This document shows, one piece after another, positions 1 through 10,099 of a DNA stretch of 64,000 nucleotides; positions within the stretch are counted from its first letter, which is position 1; the number at the start of each line of letters is the position of its first letter. Below the pieces are notes generated by a model. That model was not told the DNA's origin, did no database searches, and was given only the letters and a program-made list of their open reading frames with translations. Source of the stretch: Nibricoccus sp. (GTDB taxonomy: Bacteria > Verrucomicrobiota > Verrucomicrobiia > Opitutales > Opitutaceae). The position numbers were made by a program, and so were the translations under genes. The stretch covers positions 4,096,001-4,160,000 of the forward strand of contig JASGHG010000001.1 in the NCBI GenBank assembly GCA_047602425.1, read 5' to 3'.

Positions 1-843
1 CGGACGCTGGTCGGCGGGGCGTTTGCCGTAGCTTTCCCAAGCATTGATCAATACCTTCGAAAGCACGTCTTCAAAGACTTCGACGTGGGTTTCGATTTGG
101 AGGTCGGCAAGGGGGTTGTCGACCTGCACGGTGTGGACGATTTTGAAATCGGACTGGTAGCGGGCGACGCCGTCGGAAATGAGTTTGCCCAGAGCGTATT
201 TGGTCGTGGGCAGGCGGGATTTTACGACGAGCGAGCCGAGCTGCTTGATGATGCTGGCAATGCGCTGGACGGCATTTTCGACGGATTCGGCGTTCTTTTT
301 TACCGATTCCGGCTTGTTATAGTTGTTCTTGATCAGGTCGAGGTAACCGAGGACGACGCCGAGGAGATTGTTGAGATTATGTGCGATGCCCTGGGTGACG
401 GCGCCGATGGTGGCGGAGCGGCGTGCTTCTTGCAGGCGGCGCTGGAGGTCGAACATCTCGCGATTGATCGCGACGAAACGGAGCTGCGTTTGCACGCGCG
501 CGAGCGTTTCGTCGAGGTCGATGGGCTTGGTGATGTAATCGACGGCACCGACGGCAAGACCTTCGAGTTTGCTCTCCTTTGAACTGCGGGCGGTGATAAA
601 AATGACGGGGATGGAACGTGTTTCCTCAGTTTCCTGCAGGCGCTGGCAAACCTCCATGCCGTCCATGTCAGGCATCATGACATCGAGAAGGATGAGGTCG
701 GGTTTTTCCTTCACCACGACTTCGAGCGCTTCGCCGCCGGTGTACGCGGCGGCAACTTGGATGCCTTCGCGTTCAAGCTTCCGTTTGAGAAGCTGGACAT
801 TCACCGGTTGGTCGTCGACGACCAGAATTTTCGGGGAAGACAT
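1..843 (-). CDS. Response regulator receiver fused to HisKA-type histidine kinase (3' end truncated by window edge)
   Basis: Manual translation from ATG at 843: MSSPKILVVDDQ...PDLILLDVMMPDMDG...DYITKP receiver, then H-box GIAHNLNNLL and N-box VLINAWES; open to position 1. Confidence 0.9.
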   Translation of the reverse strand, partial: MSSPKILVVDDQPVNVQLLKRKLEREGIQVAAAYTGGEALEVVVKEKPDLILLDVMMPDMDGMEVCQRLQETEETRSIPVIFITARSSKESKLEGLAVGAVDYITKPIDLDETLARVQTQLRFVAINREMFDLQRRLQEARRSATIGAVTQGIAHNLNNLLGVVLGYLDLIKNNYNKPESVKKNAESVENAVQRIASIIKQLGSLVVKSRLPTTKYALGKLISDGVARYQSDFKIVHTVQVDNPLADLQIETHVEVFEDVLSKVLINAWESYGKRPADQRP

Positions 844-902
844 GTTAGGATTAGAATGGCTGAGGTTGGCCCTGCCGCAAGCTGCCGTGCTGTAAGTTCT
901 AG

Positions 903-1784
903 CTAAACTGACGGCGCAGTGGCGAGCCGAAAGGCCTTCACAGTGTTTTTCATCAACAGGGCCACGGTCATGGGCCCGACGCCGCCGGGGACAGGAGTGA
1001 TCTTGCTGCAGAGTGGCGAGACGGTGGGAAAATGCACGTCGCCAACCAGACGGTATCCAGTTTTCTTGGACGCATCGGGCACGCGGTTGATGCCGACATC
1101 GATCACGACGGCGCCGGGCTTTACCATGTCGGCGGTGACGAATTCGGCGCGACCGATGGCGGCGATCAAAACGTCAGCCTGACGGGTGATTGCGGGCAGG
1201 TCGCGAGTTTGGGAATGGCAGATGGTTACAGTGCCATTGGCACCGGCCTTTTTCTGAAGGGCGAGAAGGGCCACGGGTTTACCGACGATTAGGCTGCGGC
1301 CGAGGACGACAACATGCTTGCCCTTGAGGTCGACGTTGCTGCGCGCCAGGAGTTCCATGATGCCGGCGGGCGTGCAGGAGACGAAACCGGTTTCGTCCTC
1401 CTGGGCAATTTTGCCAAGATTGATGGTGTGGAAACCGTCGACGTCCTTTGTGGGCGAAACGCGGCGGAAGACCGCGAGTTCGTCGATATGTTTTGGCAAC
1501 GGAGATTGAACGAGGATGCCGTCGACGGTAGGATCGGCATTGAGCTGATCGATGAGTACGAAGAGCTCGGCCTGCGAGATGGTGACAGGAGGGAGGATGA
1601 CGCGGCCAGTGATGCCGATTTCGGCGGAAGTTTTCTCCTTTTTGGTGACGTAGGAAACGGATGCGGGATCGTCGCCGACGCGGACGAGCGCAAGGCAGGG
1701 CTTGCGGCCGGCAATGGTGGCGACTTCAGCCTTCAATTCGGAGATGAGGGAGGCGGCGATTTTGTTGCCGTCGATGAGTTCCAT
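903..1784 (-). CDS. folD: Bifunctional methylenetetrahydrofolate dehydrogenase/cyclohydrolase
   Basis: [41 protein letters not shown] motifs. Confidence 0.97.
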   Translation of the reverse strand: MELIDGNKIAASLISELKAEVATIAGRKPCLALVRVGDDPASVSYVTKKEKTSAEIGITGRVILPPVTISQAELFVLIDQLNADPTVDGILVQSPLPKHIDELAVFRRVSPTKDVDGFHTINLGKIAQEDETGFVSCTPAGIMELLARSNVDLKGKHVVVLGRSLIVGKPVALLALQKKAGANGTVTICHSQTRDLPAITRQADVLIAAIGRAEFVTADMVKPGAVVIDVGINRVPDASKKTGYRLVGDVHFPTVSPLCSKITPVPGGVGPMTVALLMKNTVKAFRLATAPSV

Positions 1785-1841
1785 GGGAAAAGGCGGGAAG
1801 GGCGAAAGGCGTGAAGTATAAACGAGGGACGACGTGGGGAC

Positions 1842-1871
1842 AAAAAAGGCGCATGGGATGAACCATGCGCC
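1842..1871 (-). terminator. Rho-independent terminator
   Basis: GGCGCATGG/CCATGCGCC stem with A6 on + strand (U tract on -), just downstream of the SH3-domain gene. Confidence 0.7.
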
Positions 1872-1885
1872 AGAGGTAAAGAGTT

Positions 1886-2752
1886 TTAGTGAATCTGGAT
1901 ACTGTCGACCTCGATCACAATGTCCTTTGTATTTTCGATGGCCTTGGCGGTGCCATAGACGGTGACGACGCGGTTCATGTATTTGTCGACTGGGTCGGCC
2001 TTGGAGAGGCGGCTGACGTCGAGGAAGGCATAGCGTTCGCCGACGCGGTCGTTGAGCTGATAGTCGTAAGGTTTGTAGGCGAGGAACCGTTTGGCCGGGA
2101 CAAAAGTGCCCTCAAACATGCGGGGCAGCGCGGCGGCTGCGGCGGGGCTGAGCGTGGAAGCGGCGCCAGCCGGGGCGGGAGTAGACTGAGCAGGACCGGA
2201 ATAGACTTGAACCGGAGAGGCCGCAACAGGCGAAGACGGACCAGAGGCGCCACCGGAACGGGGGGCGGGTGTCACAGGCGCGTTGAAGCCGGAGGACAGG
2301 TTGGAGTTGGCAACTGCGGGCCGGGCGATGGGCGAGTCAACCGTGTCGTCGCCGATGTAACCAATGACTTTTTTCTGAAGTTTGATCTGGGTCCAGCGGC
2401 CATGGAGACCGGAAATTTCGGCGGAGTCGCCCTTGCTCATCGTGGTGAGGACGGCGGAGTCGATTTTTGGAGCGGTGTAGAAGGAGGCGCCCGGACGAAC
2501 GTCGAGGCTCTTCATGATATCCTTCGATTGCACATAGACCTCATGCGGTCCGGCGAGCTCGATGGCAGTCCAGCCCGAGGGGGCAGGTTCGCCGCTGGTG
2601 GCGAGCACTGGTTCGGCACCGGCGTTCAACACCGCGATCGCCGCGGAGGAGGCATTGGGCTTGGCGTGCACCGCGGTGGTCTTGGAAAGCGGTGCCGCAG
2701 CGAGGCTGGAAGCGGCGAGGAGTGCGAGGAGCAGACTCGTTTTAATCTTCAT
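1886..2752 (-). CDS. Secreted SH3b-domain protein with Pro/Ala/Ser linker
   Basis: Signal peptide [19 protein letters not shown]; two SH3b-like segments ([30 protein letters not shown]); start trimmed to ATG 2752. Confidence 0.7.
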   Translation of the reverse strand: MKIKTSLLLALLAASSLAAAPLSKTTAVHAKPNASSAAIAVLNAGAEPVLATSGEPAPSGWTAIELAGPHEVYVQSKDIMKSLDVRPGASFYTAPKIDSAVLTTMSKGDSAEISGLHGRWTQIKLQKKVIGYIGDDTVDSPIARPAVANSNLSSGFNAPVTPAPRSGGASGPSSPVAASPVQVYSGPAQSTPAPAGAASTLSPAAAAALPRMFEGTFVPAKRFLAYKPYDYQLNDRVGERYAFLDVSRLSKADPVDKYMNRVVTVYGTAKAIENTKDIVIEVDSIQIH

Positions 2753-3530
2753 GGATATCAGCAGGTTTTTCGTCGGTGTGGCCACGACGGTGGGGGACTT
2801 TGAATAAAAGTGCGATCTCTTTGTTAGAAAGTTGTTTGACGGCTCGCAAAGGAATTCCTTTCAGGGCGAATGCCCCGATCTGATAACGCTTGAGGCGCTT
2901 CACGTCAAACCCTAGCGCGGTGAAGAGCACGCGGATTTCGCGTTTTTTGCCATGGTGCATCTGCACGTCGACAACCTTGGAGGAGCCGTCGACGGCCGGC
3001 GAGAGCAGGGTGGCATGCTCGACCTTGAGGCGTTCGCCCTCGGCAATGATGCCGCGGAGCAGGGCGGCTTTTTTACCGGGAGGAAATGGTTGTTCGAGTT
3101 TCACGAGGTAATGTTTGACCACGATATTGCTCGGATGCATGAGGCGGTTGGCGAGCTCGCCATCGGTGGTCAGGATCACGAGGCCTTCGCTGTCCTTGTC
3201 GAGGCGGCCGGCGCAAAAAAACCGGAAGCGGGCGAATTCTCGCGGAAGCACGGTGAAGACCGTGTCGGCGTTGAATGGATCGTCATTGGAGCAAACGAGA
3301 CCGCGCGGCTTGTGCATCGCGAGGGTGATGCGGGGCTGCGCGGTGGCGCGGACGGTTTTGCCGCTGACTGTGACTTTATCGATGCCGGGCGTTATTTTTT
3401 GTCCGGGGGTGGCGCGCTCGCCGTTGATCCAGACTTCGCCCTCAGCGACAAGTGCTTCGGCGGCACGACGGGAACACAGACCGGAATCGGCCAGGAATTT
3501 TTGCACGCGTACCGGTTGCGAATCGCTCAT
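2742..3530 (-). CDS. rluB: rRNA pseudouridine synthase (RsuA/RluB family) with S4 domain
   Basis: RVQKFLADSGLCSRR S4 domain, HKPRG, GRLDKDSEGLVILTTDG catalytic motif; start ATG 3530; exact paralog uncertain. Confidence 0.85.
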   Translation of the reverse strand: MSDSQPVRVQKFLADSGLCSRRAAEALVAEGEVWINGERATPGQKITPGIDKVTVSGKTVRATAQPRITLAMHKPRGLVCSNDDPFNADTVFTVLPREFARFRFFCAGRLDKDSEGLVILTTDGELANRLMHPSNIVVKHYLVKLEQPFPPGKKAALLRGIIAEGERLKVEHATLLSPAVDGSSKVVDVQMHHGKKREIRVLFTALGFDVKRLKRYQIGAFALKGIPLRAVKQLSNKEIALLFKVPHRRGHTDEKPADIHED

Positions 3531-3583
3531 TTGCGATTCAGTTGGGGTGAAAATTCCCAGCGAAGCAAGCTCGCCCTGCCAAC

Positions 3584-4759
3584 ATGTCCATACCAGCCGC
3601 CACCGATGCGTCCGTCTACAACAAGGACAATCCATTTCACGCGCTCATCACCGAAAACCGGTTGTTGAGCAAAGACGGTTCGCTGAAAGAAACGCGCCAT
3701 TTTGTCGTGAACATTGCAGGCAGCGGTCTGACCTACAAGGCGGGCGATTCGCTCGGCGTGTACCCAACGAACCATCCGGCCGACGTGGACCAGATTCTGC
3801 ATTTCCTCGGCGCAGACGGTGACGAACCAGTTTCCCCGGCGATCTTGAAACTCGCCGAACCGATTTCGTTGCACGAAGCGCTGCTTTCGCGTCTGGCGTT
3901 GAACGGGCCGACCGTAAAGATCCTCAACACGCTTTACTCCAAGGCTACGGCGCCGACGGATGTGGCGAGACTGACAGCGCTCCTTGCACCGGAAGCAAAG
4001 GCCGAATTGGCCGCCTATCTCGAACACCGCGAGTACATCGATATTCTTACCGAGTTTTCGAGTGCAAAGCTGACGCCGCAGGAATTCGTCGATCATCTCC
4101 GCAAGCTCGTGCCCCGGCTCTATTCCATCGCGTCGTCGCCCTTGGAATATCCCAACGAAATCCATCTCACGGTTGCAGTTGTGCGCTATGAGACGAACCA
4201 ACGTCAACGTTTCGGCGTGTGCACGACGTTCATGGCCGATCGCACGCCGGTTGGCAGCGCTGCGCTGCCGGTGTTTGTGTCGCATTCGCATTTCGGGCCT
4301 CCCGAAGATCTGACGGAAGACGTGATCATGGTCGGCCCCGGCACGGGGATCGCGCCATTCCGCGCCTTTGTTCAGGACCGCGCAGCTTCGGGCGCGACGG
4401 GCCGCAACTGGCTTTTTTTCGGCGATCATCACCGTGATCGGGATTTCTTGTATGAAGAGGAGTGGAGCGAACTCCTGGTGCGAGGCCATCTTGCCCGACT
4501 CGATACGGCCTGGTCACGCGATCAGGAAAAAAAGATCTACGTGCAGGACAAAATGCGTGAAAGCGCCGCCGAGCTTTGGCTCTGGCTGAAGGGTGGGGCG
4601 TATTTCTATGTTTGCGGAGATGCCAAAGCCATGGCCAAGGACGTCGACGTGGCGCTCCATGAAATTATCGCCCAGCAAGGCGGCATGACACCGGAACAAG
4701 CCGCCGAGTACGTGAAGCAGTTGAAAAAAGAAAAACGCTACCAGCGCGACGTATACTAA
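3584..4759 (+). CDS. cysJ: Sulfite reductase flavoprotein alpha-like (FAD/NADPH-binding module, no flavodoxin domain)
   Basis: PRLYSIASS, GVCT, MVGPGTGIAPFR, YVQD, YVCGDAK, C-terminal RYQRDVY. Confidence 0.8.
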   Translation: MSIPAATDASVYNKDNPFHALITENRLLSKDGSLKETRHFVVNIAGSGLTYKAGDSLGVYPTNHPADVDQILHFLGADGDEPVSPAILKLAEPISLHEALLSRLALNGPTVKILNTLYSKATAPTDVARLTALLAPEAKAELAAYLEHREYIDILTEFSSAKLTPQEFVDHLRKLVPRLYSIASSPLEYPNEIHLTVAVVRYETNQRQRFGVCTTFMADRTPVGSAALPVFVSHSHFGPPEDLTEDVIMVGPGTGIAPFRAFVQDRAASGATGRNWLFFGDHHRDRDFLYEEEWSELLVRGHLARLDTAWSRDQEKKIYVQDKMRESAAELWLWLKGGAYFYVCGDAKAMAKDVDVALHEIIAQQGGMTPEQAAEYVKQLKKEKRYQRDVY

Positions 4760-4785
4760 CGTAATGGCGGTAAGTGTTAGTAATG

Positions 4786-4852
4786 TGGAGGGTCGACTTC
4801 CACGTCGACCGCTGGATTGCCCAGTCTGACCGACGTGGAAGTCGGCCCTCCA
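4786..4852. repeat. 67-bp palindromic REP/MITE-like element (TGGAG family), copy 1
   Basis: 22-bp arms TGGAGGGTCGACTTCCACGTCG / CGACGTGGAAGTCGGCCCTCCA (1 mismatch); same arms at 29673-29739. Confidence 0.85.
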
Positions 4853-4923
4853 TTTCAGCCGCCACGCGTTCAAAATTTTTCTGCTCGCCCCGCGTCGGCC
4901 GGTTCGCCCAACCTAGCCGCCCT

Positions 4924-5664
4924 ATGACATTTAATAATCGTACCGCCCTCGTCACCGGTGCCGGCCGTGGCATCGGCAAGGCCATCGCTGAGACGCTCGC
5001 CAAAAACGGCGTCAACGTCATCTGCGTTTCCAAGTCCGCTGAGAGCTGCGGTGCGGTTGCGGCCGCGATCACCGCCGCCGGTGGCAAGGCCAAGGCTGTG
5101 CCGGTCGATGTCTCCGACGGCGCTGCTGTCACGAAAGCCGCCGAAGAACTGCTCAAGGAATACGGCAAAATCGACATTCTCGTGAACAATGCCGGCATCA
5201 CTCGCGACGGCCTTATTGCCCGCATGTCAGAGGACGATTGGAACGCTGTCATCCAAACCAATCTTACCAGCGCCTTCCACTGGAGCAAAGCCATCGGTTG
5301 GCCGATGTGTCGCGCCCGCTACGGTCGCATCGTCAACATTGCCTCGGTCGTTGGCATCGTGGGCAACGCCGGTCAGGCCAACTATGCCGCCGCCAAAGGT
5401 GGCATGATCGCTTTCACCAAAGCCATCGCCAAGGAGTTCGCCAAACGCGGCGTCACCGCCAACGTCGTCGCTCCCGGTTTCATCAAGACCGACATGACCG
5501 CCGTTCTCGGCGAAGAAGTGCAAAAAGCCGCGTCCGCCATGATCCCGATGCAGCGTTTCGGCGAGCCTGCCGACATTGCGGCCGCCACCGCGTTTTTGTG
5601 CAGCGAAGAAGCAGGATATATCACAGGCCAAGTTTTTACCGTTGACGGCGGCATGGCGATGTGA
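4924..5664 (+). CDS. fabG: 3-oxoacyl-ACP reductase
   Basis: TGAGRGIG, NNAGITRD, GQANYAAAK SDR motifs; precedes acpP-fabF; start ATG 4924. Confidence 0.96.
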   Translation: MTFNNRTALVTGAGRGIGKAIAETLAKNGVNVICVSKSAESCGAVAAAITAAGGKAKAVPVDVSDGAAVTKAAEELLKEYGKIDILVNNAGITRDGLIARMSEDDWNAVIQTNLTSAFHWSKAIGWPMCRARYGRIVNIASVVGIVGNAGQANYAAAKGGMIAFTKAIAKEFAKRGVTANVVAPGFIKTDMTAVLGEEVQKAASAMIPMQRFGEPADIAAATAFLCSEEAGYITGQVFTVDGGMAM

Positions 5665-5694
5665 CCCTTTCATCACGCAAGACAAACACCCAAC

Positions 5695-5958
5695 ATGGCT
5701 GATCAAAAAACCATCGAACAACGCGTCAAAGAAATCATCGTTAACCAACTCAACGTTAACGAAGAGCAGATCACCCCGCAGGCATCGTTTCTCGACGATC
5801 TTGGCGCTGATTCTCTCGACACTGTCGAGCTCATCATGGCTTTCGAAGAAGAGTTTAAGGACGAGATCAAGGGCGAAATCCCTGAGTCCGATGCCGAGAA
5901 GCTCACGACGGTCGGCCAGGTGATCGACTACATCAGGTCGAAGGCCGCGGCTAAATAA
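5695..5958 (+). CDS. acpP: Acyl carrier protein
   Basis: [12 protein letters not shown] phosphopantetheine motif. Confidence 0.97.
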   Translation: MADQKTIEQRVKEIIVNQLNVNEEQITPQASFLDDLGADSLDTVELIMAFEEEFKDEIKGEIPESDAEKLTTVGQVIDYIRSKAAAK

Positions 5959-5975
5959 GCCACGATTTTTCTTTT

Positions 5976-6030
5976 GGCGTTCTACCGAGCCTCGCTCCAC
6001 GAGACTGACGGTAGGACGCCTTTTTGTTTT
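5976..6030 (+). terminator. Probable Rho-independent terminator/attenuating hairpin after acpP
   Basis: GGCGTTCTACCG...CGGTAGGACGCC stem followed by TTTTTGTTTTT. Confidence 0.6.
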
Positions 6031-6152
6031 TCGGCAAACGCTTGCGACGCCATCAAAACTGCTAAACGGCCTGCTGGCCCCGCTACTACCCGCCGAATAC
6101 TTTTGATTGTGTGCTTCGCAATAACTCGGAAAGCTCTCAACTTTTAGAACGC

Positions 6153-7406
6153 ATGTCCACCACGCTCCCTCCCTCTCAACGTGTCGTAGTCACCGGCCTC
6201 GGCGCCATCGCCTCGATCGGCCACGACGTCGATACGTTCTGGAAAAACATCCTTGCTGGCCAATGCGGCATCGATCGCGTCACGCAGTTCGATCCGACCA
6301 ACTACGCCTGCCAGATCGGTGCCGAAGTGCGCGACTGGCAGCCGGAGCAGTTCATGGACCCGAAGGAAGCGCGCCGCAACGACCGATACACGCAGTTCGG
6401 TTTCATCGCCGCCAAGCAGGCTTTCAAGGACAGCGGCCTCGACATGGCCAAGGAAGACGGTGACCGCGTCGGTGTCATCATCGGTTCCGGCATCGGCGGC
6501 ATGTACACTTATGAGAGCCAGCTCAAAAACCTTTTCGAAAAAGGCCCGCGCAAAGTCTCGCCCTTCACGATTCCCTCACTGATTGGCAACATCTGCTCCG
6601 GTCTCTACGCGATCGAAATCGGTGCCCGCGGTCCGAACTTCGGCGTCGTTTCCGCCTGCGCCACCGCCACGCACGCCCTCGGTGAAGCCATGCACGTCAT
6701 CCGCCGCGGCGATGCCGACGTCATGATCGCCGGTGGCGCCGAAGCCGCCATCACGCCCTTTGCCTACGCCAGCTTCTGCTCGATGAAAGCCATGAGTACG
6801 CGCAACGACGACCCGAAGACTGCCAGCCGCCCGTTCTCGCTCGGCCGCGACGGCTTCATCATGGGTGAAGGCGCCGGCATCATGGTCCTCGAATCGCTCG
6901 AACACGCCCAAAAACGCGGCGCGAAAATCTACTGCGAAATCGCTGGTTACGGTGCGAGCTGCGATGCTTTCCATATCACGCAACCCGATCCCGACGGCAA
7001 AGGTCTGGCCCTCGCCATGCGCAGCGCGCTCAAGTCCGCCGGCGTCGCCCCCGAAGCGATCGATTACCTCAACGCCCACGGCACCTCGACTCCGTACAAC
7101 GACAAGTTCGAGACCCTCGCGATCAAGAAAGTCTTTGGCGACCACGCGAAGAAGATGGCGATTAGTTCGACCAAGTCGATGACCGGCCACCTCCTCGGCG
7201 CGGCTGGCGGCATCGAATCGATCATCTGCGTGAAGGCCTTGGAAAACCAGATCATGCCTGCGACGATCAACCTTCACGAACCCGATCCGGAGTGCGACCT
7301 CGACTACGTCCCGAACACCGCCCGCCCGGCCAAACTCACGACCGTGCAGAGCAACAACCTCGGCTTCGGCGGCCAAAACTCCTCAGTCGTCTTCCGCAAA
7401 CTCTAA
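6153..7406 (+). CDS. fabF: 3-oxoacyl-ACP synthase II
   Basis: RVVVTGLG, SACAT catalytic Cys, NAHGTST, KSMTGHLLGAAG, NNLGFGG; start ATG 6153. Confidence 0.96.
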   Translation: MSTTLPPSQRVVVTGLGAIASIGHDVDTFWKNILAGQCGIDRVTQFDPTNYACQIGAEVRDWQPEQFMDPKEARRNDRYTQFGFIAAKQAFKDSGLDMAKEDGDRVGVIIGSGIGGMYTYESQLKNLFEKGPRKVSPFTIPSLIGNICSGLYAIEIGARGPNFGVVSACATATHALGEAMHVIRRGDADVMIAGGAEAAITPFAYASFCSMKAMSTRNDDPKTASRPFSLGRDGFIMGEGAGIMVLESLEHAQKRGAKIYCEIAGYGASCDAFHITQPDPDGKGLALAMRSALKSAGVAPEAIDYLNAHGTSTPYNDKFETLAIKKVFGDHAKKMAISSTKSMTGHLLGAAGGIESIICVKALENQIMPATINLHEPDPECDLDYVPNTARPAKLTTVQSNNLGFGGQNSSVVFRKL

Positions 7407-7431
7407 CCGCGAACGATCTACAACGTTTCCC

Positions 7432-7466
7432 AAAGCGCGCCAGCCGAAAGGCCGGCGCGCTTTTTT
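7432..7466 (+). terminator. Rho-independent terminator
   Basis: AAAGCGCGCCAGCC-GAAA-GGCCGGCGCGCTTTTTT. Confidence 0.85.
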
Positions 7467-7556
7467 GTTGTGCCGAAAGGTACTAATGACGTTGGTATGC
7501 AACATACAGCGTTCAATCCACTCGACTTTCATCCTTGAACGTAGTCCATAGCTTTG

Positions 7557-8051
7557 ATGACTCTAGCCCCACAGTCGTTACCTCTGAAACAGAGCACTTG
7601 GCTACAGCGGAACTGGAAGTGGTTTGTGCCGACTGCGTGTTTAGCTGGCGTTATCGTCTTTCTGGGGGCTATCGCGTTGTTCATGGCGCTCATCTTCGGC
7701 TTCATGAAGAAATCTGACGCCTATTCTGGTGCGCTAGTCCGGGTTAAAGAATCACCGGCGGTGATAGATCAACTGGGGACGCCTATCAGCGCAGGGTGGT
7801 TTGTTACCGGTAATATCCACGTGAGCGGCAGCAGCGGCCAAGCTGAGCTGGCTATCCCTGTTTCTGGTCCAAAAGCAAAGGCCACGGTTTACGTCGAAGC
7901 CCAAAAGAGACTGGGGCAGTGGCAGTTCGACGGTTTGGTGGTACAAATCGATAGCTCCAAAAAACGAATAGATCTTTTGAAAAAAGAGCCGAACCAGAGG
8001 ACAGATAGCACGACCGAGACTGTATCACCGTCAGTCCTCGCGCCAAAATGA
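7557..8051 (+). CDS. Coa1 (cytochrome c oxidase assembly factor 1)-like membrane protein
   Basis: WLQRNWKWFVP, TM helix, KSDAY, LGTPI.AGWFVTGNI..SGSSGQAELAIPVSGPK pattern; lower GC than flanks. Confidence 0.7.
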   Translation: MTLAPQSLPLKQSTWLQRNWKWFVPTACLAGVIVFLGAIALFMALIFGFMKKSDAYSGALVRVKESPAVIDQLGTPISAGWFVTGNIHVSGSSGQAELAIPVSGPKAKATVYVEAQKRLGQWQFDGLVVQIDSSKKRIDLLKKEPNQRTDSTTETVSPSVLAPK

Positions 8052-8407
8052 GTGAGCACGAAGCCAGTCGCCCTGATAAGGAACTGAAGTTAGGCGCCAA
8101 GAATTTCGACTGCGTTAATCGCCCGTCTGGTGAGGCGAATCCCGATCCATCGCCCGATGTGCATTCCATTCTGCGTGAGAATCTCAGGCAGGAGATGCAA
8201 CATGAGCAGCCGCTCGATCTCACAAAGCCGAACTCACGCAGAAAACGGGACTATTGGACGGTTTTAATTTTGGGCAATGCGCTGATCGCGGGTGTACTCG
8301 CGGTATTGCCGAAGAATCCGGTTGTATTACTCTTTGGTCTTTCCGGTTTGGTGATGTTCACCATCAGCATAACTTGGGTGATGTGGTTTGTGATGAGTGA
8401 CTATTAG
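8048..8407 (+). CDS. Small hypothetical membrane protein (two C-terminal TM helices)
   Basis: ATG overlaps upstream stop; SRRKRDYW followed by two hydrophobic helices. Confidence 0.7.
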   Translation: MSEHEASRPDKELKLGAKNFDCVNRPSGEANPDPSPDVHSILRENLRQEMQHEQPLDLTKPNSRRKRDYWTVLILGNALIAGVLAVLPKNPVVLLFGLSGLVMFTISITWVMWFVMSDY

Positions 8408-8512
8408 TCTAAAAATGCCGGACGATCAGGCGGAGGGAATACTTTCGCCTTGAATGGATCGGAGGACGATCGGTCAGATTCATTCTCTCAGGTTACTTGG
8501 AACGTCGTCCTC

Positions 8513-9952
8513 ATGACTCATCTTCGCAACGTACTACGAACTGCCCTGGCTTTGCTGGCTGGCTCTGCCGCCATCGGCGCGCAAAATCAAACTATTACTT
8601 ATGAGGAAGTCATCGCCAAGGCTCCCTTTCCGATGCCGCCGATCAAAGTCCCGGTGTTTCCCAAACGGGATTTTATCATCACGGATTTTGGCGCCGTTCC
8701 GAAGTCGCAGGCGAAGAATTCCGAGGCCATCCGCAAAGCCATCGACGCCTGTCATAAAGCGGGCGGCGGGCGTGTGGTGATTCCCGCCGGAGAATGGCTG
8801 ACCGGCCCGATTCACCTGAAGAGCAATGTGAACTTGTATCTGGCAAAAGATTCGGTGCTTAGTTTCAGCGGTGACCCGAAGGATTACCTGCCCGCTGTCC
8901 AGTCGAGTTGGGAGGGCTGGGAATGTTTCAACTATTCGCCGCTCATCTATGCGTTCAAATGCGAAAACGTGGCCGTGACCGGCGAGGGCAAGCTTCAGCC
9001 TAAAATGGAAACTTGGGAGCATTGGTTCAAGCGATCGCCGGCCCATATGGAGGCACTCAAGAGGCTTTACACGATGGGCTCGACCGGCGTGCCGGTGGAG
9101 CAACGTCAGATGGCTGAGGGCGAAAACAATCTTCGTCCACAGTTGATCCAGTTTAACCGCTGTCGGAACGTGCTCATCGAAGGCGTTACAATTCGCAACA
9201 GTCCATTTTGGACGATTCATTTGTTGCTTTGTGACTCGGTCGTGGTTCGGCACGTGGATATTTCCGCGCACGGTCACAACAACGACGGCATCGATCCGGA
9301 GTCCACGCGCAATCTTCTCGTTGAGGACTGTCAGTTTGATCAGGGCGACGACGCCATCGTCATCAAGTCCGGCACGAATCACGACGGCTGGCGGTTGGGC
9401 ACGCCGTCCGAAAACATTGTCGTCCGAAACTGCACCGTCATCAATGGACACCAACTCGTTGCCATCGGCAGCGAACTCTCCGGCGGCGTGCGCAACGTTT
9501 ACGTGCACGACTGTCGTTTCGATTTCAGCGCGCCGCAGTTTGATCCCTACAACGTGCTTTATATAAAAACGAACCGGCGCCGAGGTGGTTTTGTGGAAAA
9601 TATTACAATGGAGAATATCGATGCCTCTGGCGCCAGGTTCAAGATGGGCGTATTTGGCATCGAAACGGATGTGCTTTATCAATGGCGCACCTTGGTGCCC
9701 ACCTACGAGGAGCGACTCACGCCGATCCGCGGCGTCACGATGCGAAATGTTAAGGTGGGTACCACGTCCACGCCGTTCCGCATTCTCGGCGACAAGGACC
9801 TGCCAGTAAAAGACGTCGTGCTCGATAACATCATCATCGGCACCGTACGCGGGCAGAAAAATCGCTATGAAAATGTCGAAAACCTCAAGGAGTCGAACGT
9901 CGTAATCGGCACATTCATCGAGCAACCTGACCAGGTAAACAAGAACAGATGA
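8513..9952 (+). CDS. Glycoside hydrolase family 28 (polygalacturonase-like), secreted
   Basis: Signal peptide, ITDFGA, GPIHLKSNV, NNDGIDPES, GDDAIVIKSG, GH..AIGSE, YIK motifs; start ATG 8513. Confidence 0.92.
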   Translation: MTHLRNVLRTALALLAGSAAIGAQNQTITYEEVIAKAPFPMPPIKVPVFPKRDFIITDFGAVPKSQAKNSEAIRKAIDACHKAGGGRVVIPAGEWLTGPIHLKSNVNLYLAKDSVLSFSGDPKDYLPAVQSSWEGWECFNYSPLIYAFKCENVAVTGEGKLQPKMETWEHWFKRSPAHMEALKRLYTMGSTGVPVEQRQMAEGENNLRPQLIQFNRCRNVLIEGVTIRNSPFWTIHLLLCDSVVVRHVDISAHGHNNDGIDPESTRNLLVEDCQFDQGDDAIVIKSGTNHDGWRLGTPSENIVVRNCTVINGHQLVAIGSELSGGVRNVYVHDCRFDFSAPQFDPYNVLYIKTNRRRGGFVENITMENIDASGARFKMGVFGIETDVLYQWRTLVPTYEERLTPIRGVTMRNVKVGTTSTPFRILGDKDLPVKDVVLDNIIIGTVRGQKNRYENVENLKESNVVIGTFIEQPDQVNKNR

Positions 9953-10099
9953 ACGCCGGCACTGTGTGGAGGTGAAATTTCGAATCTTACGGACCAGGGT
10001 GTTCCAACAGATTAACCCCCAAATTTTTTCTCAAGCAAGGCGCGTGTCGTTGCCACCAATCCGCCGCGAGCATTTTGCCGGAAAGAATAGATGGCCCTG

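Noticed and set aside
4774..4923. N-terminal extension of FabG
   Set aside because: Translation of the intergenic palindrome; the real start is ATG 4924.
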